Shown in pieces: positions 63,603 through 64,000 of a stretch of DNA of 64,000 nucleotides. The position numbers and the translations under genes are program-made. Each line of letters begins with the position of its first letter. The stretch's first letter is position 1. The notes below the pieces were generated by a model that had not been told where the DNA came from, made no database searches, and saw only the letters and a program-made list of their open reading frames with translations. This DNA comes from Octopus sinensis (Eukaryota). The DNA lies in the NCBI RefSeq assembly GCF_006345805.1, contig NC_043004.1:63426001-63490000 (forward strand). Direction: 5' to 3'.

Positions 63603-64000
63603 TGCGCAGGAGTGGCTGTGTGGTAAGTAACTTGCTTAAGAACCACATGGTTCCGGGTTTAGTCTCACTGCGTGGCTCCTTGGGCAAGTGTCTTCTATTA
63701 TAGCCTCGGGTCGACCATAGCCTTGTGAGTGGATTTGGTAGACGGAAACTGAAAGAAGCCCGTCGTATATATGTATGTGTGTGCATATGTTTGTGTGTCT
63801 GTGTTTGATCCCCCAACATCGCTTGACAACAGATGTTGGTGTGTTTACGTCCCCGTAACTTAGCGGTTCGGCAAAATATACCGATAGAATAAGTACTAGG
63901 CTTACAAAGAATAAGTCCTGGAGTCGATTTGCTCGACTAAAGGCGGTGCTCCAACATGGCCACAGTCAAATGACTGAAACAAATAAAAGAGTAAAAGAGT
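63603..64000 (+). mobile_element. tRNA-derived SINE family A (full length)
   Basis: Seen: matches the reverse complement of 22868-23277 from head to the GACTGAAACAAATAAAAGAGT tail. Confidence 0.9.

Overview
AT-rich, microsatellite-dense eukaryotic DNA. The SINE, LINE and Penelope repertoire points to an octopus or related cephalopod (inference). One host gene is visible on the + strand: a multi-exon neprilysin-like M13 metallopeptidase spanning at least 18895-59326, whose exon boundaries and phases follow vertebrate MME/neprilysin as I recall them. It carries an in-frame TAA in one exon (29263-29265), IQAVY in place of the VNAFY motif, and no intact HExxH zinc motif that I can find, so it is a pseudogene or a non-catalytic paralogue. 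The first 11 kb are a head-to-tail array of three L1/Tx1-type LINEs. The introns hold CR1, RTE, R4/Dong, Penelope, Tc1 and Chapaev-like relics and two tRNA-derived SINE families. Most notable are several unrelated minimal type I hammerhead ribozyme motifs in Penelope-type or non-coding repeat units. One sits in a 467-nt circularly permuted unit (retrozyme-like), and two sit in the arms of a ~226-bp near-perfect hairpin. All alignments and folds were done by eye; no searches were run.
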